From: Octopus vulgaris
Taxonomy: Eukaryota
Length of the DNA: 64,000 nt
Assembly: GCA_951406725.2 (NCBI GenBank)
Contig: OX597822.1
Coordinates: 11,160,001 to 11,224,000, forward strand
Reading direction: 5' to 3'
Shown: positions 1-13,250 of the stretch, one piece after another
Numbering within the stretch: position 1 is the stretch's first letter
How the letters are laid out: the number at the start of each line of letters is the position of its first letter
Program-made: the position numbers and the translations under genes
The notes under the pieces: generated by a model
Told to the model about the DNA's origin: nothing
Database searches by the model: none
What the model saw: the letters and a program-made list of their open reading frames with translations, nothing else

Positions 1-145
1 TATGTATATAAATATATATATATATATACATGTATTTATATATAAATATATATATTTATATATATACATAAATAAATATATATATGTATATGTGTAAATA
101 ATATATATATGTATATATATAAATATATATATATATATATGTATG

Positions 146-187
<42 letters not shown>

Positions 188-240
188 CACTGGGCGTGTT
201 ACGTGCTTTCATGTGTATATCCACACACACACACACACGT
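1..240. repeat. (TA)n/(CT)n/(CA)n compound microsatellite, representative of dozens of such arrays across the window
   Basis: Directly visible dinucleotide runs; similar arrays at e.g. 5380-5835, 6480-6750, 7575-7800, 36510-36880, 43930-44180, 59680-59960. Confidence 0.97.
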
Positions 241-547
241 ATGTATATACATCATTCTACAAACGGCAGACGAAAACTCTATCATATATCACAATTTAAT
301 TTAAAAGAGGAAATGCATCGCATCTACCAAACCTTCCCCTCCCTTACGGCAAATAAAAGCAACAACAACAACATTGATAAGAAACTCAGCAACGGCAATA
401 ACAACAACAACAACATCAGCATCAGGAGCAGCCTTAGCAGCAGCAACAGCAACAACAAATAAACATCGACAATAAATTAATAACAGTAAATATTTAGTAA
501 AAAATAGATAAAACAGCTACACTAACAACAACAACAGCAACAACGAC

Positions 548-548
548 A

Positions 549-619
<71 letters not shown>

Positions 620-623
620 AATG

Positions 624-657
<34 letters not shown>

Positions 658-667
658 TAATAATAAA
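548..667. repeat. (ATG)n grading into (ATA)n trinucleotide microsatellite
   Basis: Directly visible; explains the poly-M/poly-I ORFs. Confidence 0.97.
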
Positions 668-2423
668 TTCTGATGTTCTTAATGACATTTTTGTACGAAA
701 TAATAACAATCCGTTCTTTATTTGTCAGAAGGGTGTTGAATGCAGAACACTACGACGACGAGTGTTAGACGACATATTTACGTATAATGGATAGCATCGA
801 AGAAGAAAATAGGGGATATGAAGAACAGAAAATTGTATTTACGTCTAAGTCTCACAACATGAACCAAACTGACCCAAAGACTCAGCACAAGTTCCTTTCA
901 TTTGTCCATACTGAATCCTAAAAGAAAACCATTTGGAATATCATAGACTGGATAAAAATACAAGAAAAAATTCCCAGAAGACAGGCGTTTTTACTTCCTC
1001 AGATTTAATACATAAACGATAGAACCGAATAAGTCTCCTTTATATAAACATAGTTCACATTTAAGGACAATAAATGCAATTTTGATAAGGCAAACAGATA
1101 AATTATACGGACCAAAACATGACAGGAAAATATATCAATAAGCATTTATTACACAATATTGTTCGTAAAATTAAGGACATACCACCGTTGCCGCTTTGAA
1201 GTTACACATCTGCAGTCATAGAGAGGGGAACTTTCTTCCTGATGGACATAATTATAAATTCCTGGAACTAGACGTTGATATTAAATACTGTTGTATATCC
1301 ACTTCGGAGATTCTAGTTATTGATGCTCTAATCGATGACAGTCCTCTCCAAACAGAAAATTCATATTATCCTACATGGTCATAAACTATAATAACTCCGT
1401 CTGGATTTAAAATAGTCAAATATCCCATTCCACGAGCGTGGAGCCTACAGATTCGACAGACGCCGGTGGTCCAGTCCACACATTGTTGATATCTAACTTA
1501 AAATCTAAATTACTACTTTGTTAAAGACAATACTGTGACGATAGATTTTTAACTCTTTTTCAGTTCATCCCACAGAGCACTCCCAGATTAAGTGAAAACC
1601 TACACATCTTTGATTCTTTTAGCATTAAGAAGTGTCCATTACTATAAAGGACGCTAAACGTTCTATTAACGTTCTACAAATTGTTCTTAATTCAACAAAC
1701 GCGTTGTGCTCCCCGTAACACAAACCTTTAATAACGTCCACACACTACATGCTAACCACCTTCAGCAGTCTCGTTAAGAACAATTCCCCTAGGACTGGAA
1801 ACCTTTCAGTTAATGAAGAGATTTTTACAGATTCTTGTGCGCCATATCAGAATGAAATTCTGTTCAGAGAAAATATGTATATTGGTTTCAAATTTTGATA
1901 CGTAACCAGCAATTACAGGTGGGACCCCTATTCTGGAAATTACAAGTCTTGTGACTTCTACACGACTAAAAATAGAGAGATGCATCTCATTAAGATCCCT
2001 TCCTTCAAAAAGCATTAAGTGTTAATTCGGAAGTGTATTCACAAGACAAATCTTTCAGATACTACAAACACTAACATACTCCCGTGGATAATCTTACAGA
2101 TTTAGCATCTTTATGGTTATATGTGTTTGTTCATGTTTGCAGATTCGTATGTAATTAAATACGCGTAAGTATGTTTGTATGTTTGTATGCATGTCTCTCA
2201 ATTTGCTTATAAGCAAGTATGTTAGCTTGCTTTGCATCGGTGCATTTATACACTAAAGCGGCGAGCAGCCACACCAGAGTGGCAGATGAATGTTACTACT
2301 AGTTTAACCCCAGGCGGATTCTCCGCCAGCTGGTTTTCGATGCAAGCTCTGCACCCTTTATGTATAATAAATCGCTAGCAGGGGGAGCGAACCCCTACCA
2401 CTTTCCAACAGCTGACAAGATCG

Positions 2424-2460
2424 CGGGACCGGCCGGTTTCGAGCTATTTGGCTCACATCA
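2424..2460 (-). ncRNA. Partial/degenerate hammerhead ribozyme motif
   Basis: Minus strand ATGATGT-GAGC-caaata-GCTC-GAAA-CCGGCCGG-TC. Stem II, GAAA, palindromic stem III and UH are present; the CUGANGA core is decayed and stem I is missing. Confidence 0.4.
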
Positions 2461-3059
2461 TATATTTGTGAATTAAGGCTGTCATTGGTTTCATGTTAAG
2501 AAAAGTAAGAAAATATCCTAGGGTCTTGACAATTTTTCAAGCCGATCACGTGGAGAAAGGTGTTCGCCTCCATTTTGGAAAACACATTTTGGTAAACACC
2601 CGTTTGCAGAGTTGACTGGAAGAAGGAGAAACGAAGTGTTTTGCTGTAGAACGCAACGCGCGGCCAGTCTGGGAATTTTGCGACCGTGAGTGCAACAGTA
2701 ATTATTTGGCTCCACGTCTTTTGCATAGAGAGAGATAGAGAGAGAGAGAGAGAAAGAGAGAAAGAGATAGATAGAGAGTAAATGAAAAAGAGGGAGAAGG
2801 ATATAAAAGTTAAAAGCGTAGACACGTGTATAATATAAGAATGCTAAAATTCAAATACAGAAGAATAGAAGAATATTCGATTATCAAAATAAATTATAGA
2901 AGAAAATTAAAAGGTTGAAAATACGATGTTAGAAAACTATCGTCATTGCTCCTTCTCCCAGACTTGCGCTGTCAAGCGCTTGAGAAATGCCTCTTCTTTA
3001 AACACCTCTCTCTCTCTCTCTCTCGCTTTCCCTCTCTCTCTCTCGCTCTCTCTCTCTCA

Positions 3060-3090
<31 letters not shown>

Positions 3091-3428
3091 AAATACATAC
3101 TTTATTTATTTGATATTTGCTATCACCCCTCCACCTCTCAACAGTTTCCCACGTCTTGTCTTGTGAGATTCTGTTATTTTTGAAAGAAATCCAAAGAACT
3201 GTCTAACAGACAAAGAAATCTTTCCAAACTAATTCTGTCTTTCGGTTCCACCTAAACCATAGCCGTTGCTGTCGATACAGGCTTTGTTTTACCATTCTAT
3301 ACAAGACAGGAACTATAAAAAAAGCATTTTAAGAGATGCAATAACTTGCAGACATTATATTTGAATACGTTTATCGTTCTGGGAATTTCTACAAAGTGTC
3401 TTTTATTGTCTTCTTTTAAAGAAGAGGC

Positions 3429-3581
3429 CCAGACGTGGTTATGTGGGGAAGAAGCTGGCTTCGCAATCACGTGATTTCAAGTGGAGCCCTACGGTGCGTT
3501 CCCTTGAACAAGTATCTTCTACTATAGTCCCCGGGCCGTCCGTTTAAGTGAATTTGGTAGACGGAAACCCGAATGGAAGTC

Positions 3582-3583
<2 letters not shown>
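3429..3583 (+). mobile_element. 5' half of tRNA-derived SINE (family A, GGCGCAGGAGTGGCTGTGTGG head), diverged
   Basis: Aligns by eye to the full copies at 18151 and 45246 (..caagtatcttctactatagtccccgggccg..gaatttggtagacggaaac). Confidence 0.75.
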
Positions 3584-3654
<71 letters not shown>

Positions 3655-3671
3655 CCTATCTACCTATCTAC

Positions 3672-3748
<77 letters not shown>

Positions 3749-3806
3749 CACCTATATGAATGCATACAAACATAGAATGAGAACCCAGGTTCCAAATTTC
3801 CCCAAG

Positions 3807-3850
3807 ACATTTGATGAAGGCTGGAGGGTATATCAGCCGAAACGTTGTGC
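3807..3850 (+). ncRNA. Minimal type-I hammerhead ribozyme motif (Penelope-type), slightly decayed
   Basis: acat-TTGATGA-a-GGCTG-gagggtatat-CAGCC-GAAA-CG-TT-gtgc: 5-bp stem II, palindromic AACGTT stem III, partial stem I, U3 opposite G8. Confidence 0.7.
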
Positions 3851-4037
3851 TAACAAACAAGATGAGGACAAATATCCATATAGTTTGAACATAAAGTTAT
3901 CGAAAACTCTAGACAATCACGGGACGCCTTCTGTACAAAAATAAATCTCGATTTTACATTTCAATGTATTGAATCTTTTCTTGTGTGTATGGCTTTCTTG
4001 TTCCCTATTTTAAGGTACCCTATTACACACACACAAA

Positions 4038-4098
<61 letters not shown>

Positions 4099-5387
4099 GC
4101 GATGACGATGGTGATGGTGGCGACGACGACAATGACGATGATGATGTCAACTGTGGCATTTCATTTGCTAGACAGACTTACTTTAGGAGCGACACGAATT
4201 ATCGAGTGGTGTTCAACCTAAACTCCCCACCGAATTTTCCTTTGTCGAGCAGTGATGGTACCTCTGCGTATTCTCTCACTAAGCTAGAAATAGCAATCAA
4301 AACTCCATCATATGACACAAACCGCACATGAACCCGGTTTACGCGTTTGAGGTCGTATTCAATTAAAATAGCTACCTGCATATCATACATAATATATATA
4401 CATTGTCGATAACGCGATATTTGTCCTGAGATAAGATTTCTTATGGACTAGCAGTCACAAATAAATATCAGAAAGTGAGTGAGCGAGAGAAAGAGAGGGA
4501 GAGAGAAAAAGAGAGAGGAAAATTCGTCCCAACGGCATCGAGCGAGAACATCAGATGCATACCGGCCTTTCTGGGCCTTTTAAGTGCCATGTACTTTCAG
4601 CCAGTTACATTGGTCAGATAAGACTTCGTTACCTCTGATATAGGGAAAAGTGAATAAAGAATTCACTGATATTGCGAACAACAGTTCGTCTGAATAGAAA
4701 TCCGCTATATGCAACTGAGGCAGAATTTAATTAAAATGGACAGCTGTGTGTCATATTTAATGCTTAAATAATATCGATAGATCCTTTACTGCGGTATTCT
4801 TCCTTAAGATAATATCTTATATAGACATGCTTTGTTAAAAACATAATAATTATCAGAGGAAGATGAACATTCAGATGCATACGGCCGTGAATGAAAATAA
4901 CGACTGTGGTTAAACGTACCAAGGGTACATTTAATAGAAGCAGCACTGCATCTTGTGTTTATCATACTACCACTCCTCCCCACATATGTGTATAATATAA
5001 TTAACATAAATATAAACTCGTAGCACCGACTACTTGTAGAGATACAGTGCACTCTCAGTGACCAGAATATCTTGTTTTGATGATCTAAGGTTGTGCTTCC
5101 TTTGTTCTCGAACGTCTATCTCCGATCTACACACATGCACTCACACACATTCTAACACACGCACTTATTATGCACTCACGCACATAGATGTGCGTTCATA
5201 CACACATCGACACCCAGCTAAAAATTAGTCAGTTTCTCCCAGAAAGAGCTTAATAAATAATTAAAAATTAATTAGAAATATTACACAGCAAGAATCTATG
5301 AAGGAAATGAAACGAACTGGACGTATCAGGAATGTATATATGTAGATGTGCGTGTGTGCATGCTTTGTACAAATCACACACACACAC

Positions 5388-5430
<43 letters not shown>

Positions 5431-5542
5431 CATATCTGTTATATGTATATACTTCTGCATGCATACATATACATATTACACACACACACATATATGCACC
5501 TACATAAATATATATATATATATATATATTACATATATGTAA

Positions 5543-5577
<35 letters not shown>

Positions 5578-5621
5578 CGCACATGCACACACACACACAT
5601 ATATATATATACATGTATATG

Positions 5622-5684
<63 letters not shown>

Positions 5685-5734
5685 ATATATGTATATATAT
5701 GTATATATATGTGTATATATATATATATATATAC

Positions 5735-5838
<104 letters not shown>

Positions 5839-6514
5839 GCCTGCCTGTGTGTGAATCCTATGAAGTAATCTGTCTGCGGTCGGCTGGAAGTGGACAGTCT
5901 TGAAATAGTTCCAAGACTAATTGAGCCAAGAACATATAACAGATTCCCTGGATGTTATATTGTCTGGTTATTGTTAATCCTTTGAAGGGAAATGGCGGAG
6001 GACGGCGAGGGGAATTGTTGACGTGTCACGTGTATTGATGATGGTCACGTATGGTGAATGTACGCATGCGTATGGTCTTAAATGCATGAAAACATACACG
6101 CACACACATACATGCATCGATACACACACTTACACATAAATAAATACATGTGTAGGTACGCACATCCTCTCACCAATGTATATATGAAGCACATATGCAT
6201 ATATGCACATACAGGTGCACGTGCAGTAACGCGCACACGCATTCACTTGCAACCTTCTCCTCTCACACACGTATACATGAGTATATTCGCTCGCGTGCGC
6301 ACTTGTGCATGTGCTATGTATATATGTATGTATTTGTGTGCATGAATGTATGTGTGTGTATATTCGTTTATCTGTCTGTCTGTCTATCTATCTATCTGTC
6401 TATCTGTTCGTCTGTCTGTTTGCCTGTCTGCCTGTCTGTCTTCCTATCTATATAGATATACATATACATACACACTTACATAAATGTATACATACATACA
6501 AATATATATACATA

Positions 6515-6572
<58 letters not shown>

Positions 6573-6631
6573 TGTATATATATACACATACATATATATG
6601 CATACACATATATGTAAATATATATATATGC

Positions 6632-6676
<45 letters not shown>

Positions 6677-6680
6677 CATA

Positions 6681-6749
<69 letters not shown>

Positions 6750-6753
<4 letters not shown>

Positions 6754-6937
6754 CGGGAAGGTTTACGAAAGTAAACAAAAGACGAAGGCAGGTGGAATAC
6801 AAACAAACAGTTGTATTAGTATGGCGCTCAGGAATAGAAATAAAACAAGTCTTTTACGTTTCGAGCCTACACTCTTCGACAGAAAGATACACAGAAAAGA
6901 AACAAGGAGAGAAAAAAAATTGCGTGTAGGGGCTAAC

Positions 6938-6940
<3 letters not shown>
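6750..6940 (-). mobile_element. Short non-coding element between two (TA)n arrays carrying a hammerhead motif (Penelope pLTR-like)
   Basis: Unique ~190 bp bounded on both sides by (TA)n; hammerhead at 6850-6887. Confidence 0.6.
6850..6887 (-). ncRNA. Minimal type-I hammerhead motif with variant core CUGUCGA
   Basis: Minus strand tcttt-CTGTCGA-a-GAGT-gtag-GCTC-GAAA-CG-TA-aaaga: perfect 5-bp stem I, 4-bp stem II, palindromic ACGT stem III. Confidence 0.75.
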
Positions 6941-7015
<75 letters not shown>

Positions 7016-7158
7016 GTATGTATATTCTCATTGTCGTATATGTGTGTAGATAATATGCCAAATTTTCTGTCATTTATAATATTCAACATGGAAACACTCA
7101 TACACAGAGTCACACTTACGCAAACACATACACACACTTGCGGGCCTGCACAGACACG

Positions 7159-7196
<38 letters not shown>

Positions 7197-7270
7197 ATCT
7201 ATCTATATTTAGATCTATTTGCATTATATGTTTGAGAATGTATATACAGACATGTATATATTTTTCGCTC

Positions 7271-7342
<72 letters not shown>

Positions 7343-7454
7343 CCATACACAGAGACTTGCGCGCATGCACATACCCAAGGAACACACGAGTTGATACATA
7401 TATGGTAAAAGAGTCAAGGTAGAAAATAATAAAATAATTTTATAAAAAACATTT

Positions 7455-7490
7455 CAGTACCGGTTTCAGTCATTGAGACTTTTTCAACTG
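7455..7490 (-). ncRNA. Minimal type-I hammerhead motif with U3-A8 core (UUGAAAA)
   Basis: Minus strand cag-TTGAAAA-AGTC-tcaat-GACT-GAAA-CCGG-TA-ctg; all three stems pair; lies in a short element (~7400-7575) abutting (TA)n. Confidence 0.8.
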
Positions 7491-7583
7491 TAAGTACGGA
7501 AAGCAATTTAATTTGCATAATATTCAAATACAAGAGGCATTTTCCTTGTTTCTGTCTTGTTTACTCTTGTATTATATACATAC

Positions 7584-7767
<184 letters not shown>

Positions 7768-8407
7768 GTATATATATACATATGTATATATATGCATATG
7801 CATATATATCTATATGCACATACATACATCCTCGTAAATACGTACATATTTGTATATGTACACGATGACGCGCGCACACATGCTGATACAGCAGGGTGCT
7901 CAAAAGCATGCATATGTGTGTCTGTGCGTCACTGCTAGTTTCTCCAACTCGGTCACGGATTTCGTTAGTAATAAATTCCAATTCTTCTTACTTGATGCAT
8001 CATCAGACAAAAGTACCACGTGGGTAATACAAGTCCTCTTATCTTTGAACGTTATTCGTCTTAATGCGCCGAAGCATATTTAGAACGATGGATTTATATC
8101 AAGTACGAGGTAGTTTTTTGTTCGATGGTCCATCAATTACGAAGAATTGCAATTGCTAATTGAATTCATAAGCGAGTTGGTGAAACTGATAGCAGCAAAT
8201 ATTCTTTGAACTGTTGTAATAAATTTATAGTTTATGCACATATTGAATTAATGCTAAAAAATTGTATGACGCGCCCACACAGACGTCCTCACACATACAC
8301 ATACACACAGACACAGAGATACGCATACAGACACGACACAGATACACACACAGACACGCTAAGAAACTCATAATCAGCTAAAATAATATTTTTAATCTAT
8401 TGTATAT

Positions 8408-8530
8408 ACAGACGTGGCTCTGTGGTAAGAGGTTTGTTTCACAACCTCATGGTTCCAGGTTCATTCCCACTGCGTGGAACCTTCGGCAAATGCCTCACAT
8501 TTACGTTCAGTGGATGGAAGAAGCCGCCAT
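8408..8530 (+). mobile_element. SINE family A, 5' fragment
   Basis: cgtggctctgtggtaagag...ggttccaggttcattcccactgcgtgg..cttcggcaaatg matches the family head. Confidence 0.7.
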
Positions 8531-9045
8531 CATACCGTACATCTATTCAGTTATTCTCAATGTTTGATTAAGCATTACATCTGTGACCAAGCTCTTCGTA
8601 TCCTAGCAACAGACATAAAAAGGAATCAATCTCAGTCTCTCTCCCCCTCTCTCCTCCTCCTCTCTCTCTCTCTCTCTTCTTTTACTATCGCAGATGAAGG
8701 GACGCGATCATGTTGCTTTTTTGTTTTGTGCCACACGTGTAACGATTTATTGAAACTCGTATTCTGGGAACTGAACGCGTTAGGCTCGAGGATATATGTA
8801 CACACGAACGCACACATAAATATATACACACAGGGACGCACACATAAATAAAAGAAAACGACCTATGCAGCTTACGTCAGACATATTCACCCAGAAAGTC
8901 GACGCAGGCTCAAAGTAAAATCTATGTGCTTACTAATCCACGCAGGGGAGCGAAACCCTATACTACGTGGCTGCGAAAAGAATTCCTTAGCCACACAGCT
9001 ATCCCTCATGCACCTACACAGACACGCACACACTCACACACACAC

Positions 9046-9086
<41 letters not shown>

Positions 9087-9568
9087 CACACACACGCACA
9101 CACACGCACACAGAGGAGGGGCTGCTCCCCTATAATTCCCAAATTCATTTCCTACATACGGTTATGTCTTTTTTCGTTCGTAATGTTTTTCTCTATGTAT
9201 ATATAAATGCAAATATTTTCCAAGATAAAACTGCACTTCGTGTTTGAAGCTCCGATGAAGCAATCGAGTGATACACAAGCATTCAACTATGAGTGTATTG
9301 CATCTCACAGCAGAAACGACTGTAAGCCAATGAAGCTCATGATATAATTTCTTATTCTTATGACATTTTAAAGTCTTATACATATATAATTCCACAAGTG
9401 TCTGTATTTATATACATGTATATACATCTATATATATTCATGTATGTAGAAATGTACATATCGATCTTTTGTACGGTCCTGTAACTTTGTTCCTTTGTTG
9501 TAGAAGTATTGGTCCATTCTTTAAAGTGATATTTTGTCCAAAAGTACCTAGATTGGTGCCATGTGAAC

Positions 9569-9639
<71 letters not shown>

Positions 9640-9694
9640 AATATATATATCCATCCATTAATCCATCCATCCATCCATTCATCCATCCATCTAT

Positions 9695-9726
<32 letters not shown>

Positions 9727-9727
9727 A

Positions 9728-9811
<84 letters not shown>

Positions 9812-10362
9812 CATCCATCCATCTTTAAATATATATAGTCACGCAGACACACGCGCGCAAACACACACACACACACACACACATACACACACACACATAC
9901 ACACACACAAATACACACACACGCACGATACACACACACGCACACACACACACACACACACTTTCGGCCGCAATTATCGTCAATCTGTGTTCAAAAATCA
10001 CATCGCAAGACACTATTTTAAAATGTCCAATATTCACTGCATACAAAATACAATTTCAACATTTCCGATACGGAAACCAGGAAAACCGAAAAAAAATACA
10101 AAACTACAAAAATATAAAAATAAACCAAAAACTCCAAATAAAGAAAAAAAAAAACCAACCCAAAAAACAAATATAAAATGTTAATACAACAAAATCATAA
10201 AAATAGGAATCTCTCAGTTATAAAGTGTATAAAATAAAATACAATAAAATATAAAAAAATGTTCGTTAGATATTGTCAAGGGTGCTTTTTCTCTTTTATC
10301 GTTCTGGGGCTGTTGGGGTCAGTGACTTACTTGTCTGATGAACATTTCTATCGATAATGACA

Positions 10363-10424
<62 letters not shown>

Positions 10425-10494
10425 TGATGATGATGATGATGATAACGATACTAATGAAAATAATATTCTTCTTCTTCTTCTTCTTCTTCTTCTT

Positions 10495-10563
<69 letters not shown>

Positions 10564-10597
10564 AATAATAATAATGATAATAATAATAATAATAATA
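10363..10597. repeat. (AAT)n-(GAT)n-(CTT)n-(TTA)n compound trinucleotide array
   Basis: Directly visible. Confidence 0.95.
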
Positions 10598-11404
10598 GTA
10601 CTAGTAGCAATAGTTAGACTAAAAAGCAATTGAGTGACCAGGCTCCATTAAAAGTATTTTTTTCCAGTCTGTGATATATCGATTTTGACTGGCTTTTAAG
10701 CTATTGTTTAAAAATATTGTTACTAGTGAGTGAGAAGACGAGAGGGAGAGAGAAATGGAGAGAGAAAGAAGGAGAGAGAGAGAGAGAGAGAGAGAAAGAG
10801 GGGTTCAGGTAAAAAGAGAGAGAGAGAGGAGCAAATTGAAAGTTGAAAGTTATGTTATAAAGCTCTTCGAGTTAATTACTACCCTTTTTCCCTCTTTTTT
10901 TCTTCTTCAAAGGAAATGGAAAGTGTTAGTCTTACAGAGTTCCATCTCTCGGTCTCTCAGCTCCTAAAACGGAGGCGAATACGAATGATTGAAATGTCCA
11001 TTTTAGTAGAAAGTAGATTGACGAAAGGCACTTAGATGTGTGTATGTATATCTGTGTGTATGTATATGTATGTGTGTGTTTGTGTGTTTGTGTGAGGTGG
11101 AGGACTTATAATAATTGTAGTTTTTAAAGTAACGTATGGTATCGTATCATTGAAGGAGATTTATCTCGTAGACACTCAGCTATATTTGGGAGTCGAGTAG
11201 CAAGAATACAAAGACGAAATGTGTCCATTTGAGAGCAGTAACAGACCCCGTTTACATCTTGTAGAAACTAAGCAGAAGGTAATGATGGATGTTGGGTCAG
11301 AGCGAAAGTTGTAGGACATAGAATGGCGTGTGGAGGAGACGTTTTGTGTTGAAGATTGTCAGGAGAAAGAGAGGTTGAAAACTCTTTACAGATCTTATAT
11401 GAAA

Positions 11405-11483
<79 letters not shown>

Positions 11484-11497
11484 CATATATTCATATA

Positions 11498-12055
11498 CGG
11501 GGGTGAGTCAAAAAGTAATGCCATTTTGTTTAGGAGACAGGTATAATTACCAACACAGGAACATGTATCATACATCAACATAAAGCTGGTCCTCTGTGGA
11601 TCACATATCTACTTCTCAACATAATCACCGTTTCTCTCAATAGCAATGTTCTACCTTCGAATGAAAGCATGTATCCGTGCCCCGTAAAATTCTTTTGACT
11701 GTTCTTTGATCCACTTCTTCACTACAGTTTTCACTTCCTCGTCGCTAGAATAATGTTTGCCTCTCAAACCCTCTTTCGTGACGCCGAAGAGATGATAGTC
11801 TGAAGGCGCTAAATCTGGTGAGTATGGAGGTAGTGAAGAAGTGGCTCAAAGAGAAGTCAACAGAATTTTACGGGGCAGGGATACATGGTCTTATCCGAAG
11901 GTGGAACATTGCTATTGAGAGAATCGGTGACTATGTTGAGAAGTAGGGATGTGATCCACAGAGGACCAGCTTCATTTTTATATATGATACATGTTCCTGT
12001 GTTGGTAATTATACCCGTCCTAAACAAAATGGCATTACTTTTTGACTCACCCTCG
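11498..12055. mobile_element. Palindromic mariner-derived non-autonomous element made of two inverted 3' ends
   Basis: TA-flanked; termini CGGGGGTGAGTCAAAAAGTAATGCC / GGCATTACTTTTTGACTCACCCTCG; arms ~225 bp; minus strand encodes PPYSPDLAPSDYHLFGVTKEGLRGKHYSSDEEVK (mariner YSPDLAPSD motif). Confidence 0.92.
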
Positions 12056-12114
12056 TATATATATATATATACATGCTTCGATCCATCCAACAATTTATTC
12101 TGACCACTATTTTG

Positions 12115-12560
12115 GGAGGGTCATGGTGGTAGAGTCGTCAGGCACCTCCTCTTTAGGGTCCTATCAGAAGTAATCATTATTACATTTTCCAATTGGATTC
12201 TCAAGGGTGACCGTCTGAGACTATGGATGTTATCCAAGCATCTCGCTTTTGGTTTACTTTTAGGTCTCCGCTTGAAGAATCTATCTTGTAATTGTTTCTT
12301 GCGGTACATCCACAGTACTGAAGCTCAGGAAAAGTAACGGTTCAACCTGGAGAGATTCCCTGTTCTCCGAGCTATGAACCAAATCGAATAACTTTATTCC
12401 AGAAATGTTTGGGACGAACCCTGTGTCGGCTGTTTGTATTCGCGATCGTAGTCTTTCAGCCATTACCCAACATACATGACCATAGGTGAAGGTGGGCACG
12501 GCTGAATGTGGCAAATTTGACCATTCCTTTTCTAAGGATCGAATGCTGATGCTGGCGTAT
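12115..12560 (-). mobile_element. Decayed RTE-clade LINE 3' portion (Rex3/Expander-like)
   Basis: ORF 12281-12514 VPTFTYGHVCWVMAERLRSRIQTADTGF..ISGIKLFDLVHSSENRESLQVEPLL matches the RTE post-RT region. Confidence 0.8.
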
Positions 12561-12861
12561 TACTGGGCCAGTCCTTACAATTCTAGTGTCCAATTCAGCC
12601 TGAGCAAGAGATAATAATAACATCATTTCATTTGCAGCAGTGATTTTCCATTTATATGTAGAGTCCCTTGGTTTACTTTTTTATATATACATATAGTGGC
12701 GTACGTACACTGTTGGTCTCTATTTATTAAAATTTTATGTATTGATTAAGTCTTTCCTTGTTTGTTTTGCAAAATAGTGGTTTTGTCTCTAATAATATTT
12801 TATAATATTTTATAAAATTGATTTAATCCTAAATCTGATTTTTCCGTAAATTTGGATTATT

Positions 12862-12944
<83 letters not shown>

Positions 12945-12958
<14 letters not shown>

Positions 12959-13133
12959 CGTGCCTTTGTGTTTACGTTCCCATACGTTGCGGTTGGGCGA
13001 AAGAGACCGAAACAATGAGTATCTGGTTTTAAAAAAAGTACTGGGGTCGATTCATTCGAATAAAAAAAATTTCCAGGTGGCCTTCCAGCATGACTGCAGT
13101 CAAATGACTGAAACAAGTAAAAGAATAAAAGAA
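12945..13133 (+). mobile_element. SINE family A, 3' half
   Basis: tgtttacgttccc...ccagcatgactgcagtcaaatgactgaaacaagtaaaagaataaaagaa. Confidence 0.85.
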
Positions 13134-13154
13134 TATCTATCTATCAATCAATCA

Positions 13155-13244
<90 letters not shown>

Positions 13245-13250
13245 TTATCT

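Noticed and set aside
820-2030. Non-microsatellite stretch that might be an old LINE or host exons
   Set aside because: No recognisable motif or sustained reading frame; needs a translated search
7952-8008. Minus-strand CTGATGA...GAAA with a partial stem II
   Set aside because: Cleavage position reads UG and stems I and II pair poorly; cannot be told from chance
10265-10362. Possible Dong-like 3' end (ILSRVL) before (AAT)n
   Set aside because: Match too short and frameshifted to support
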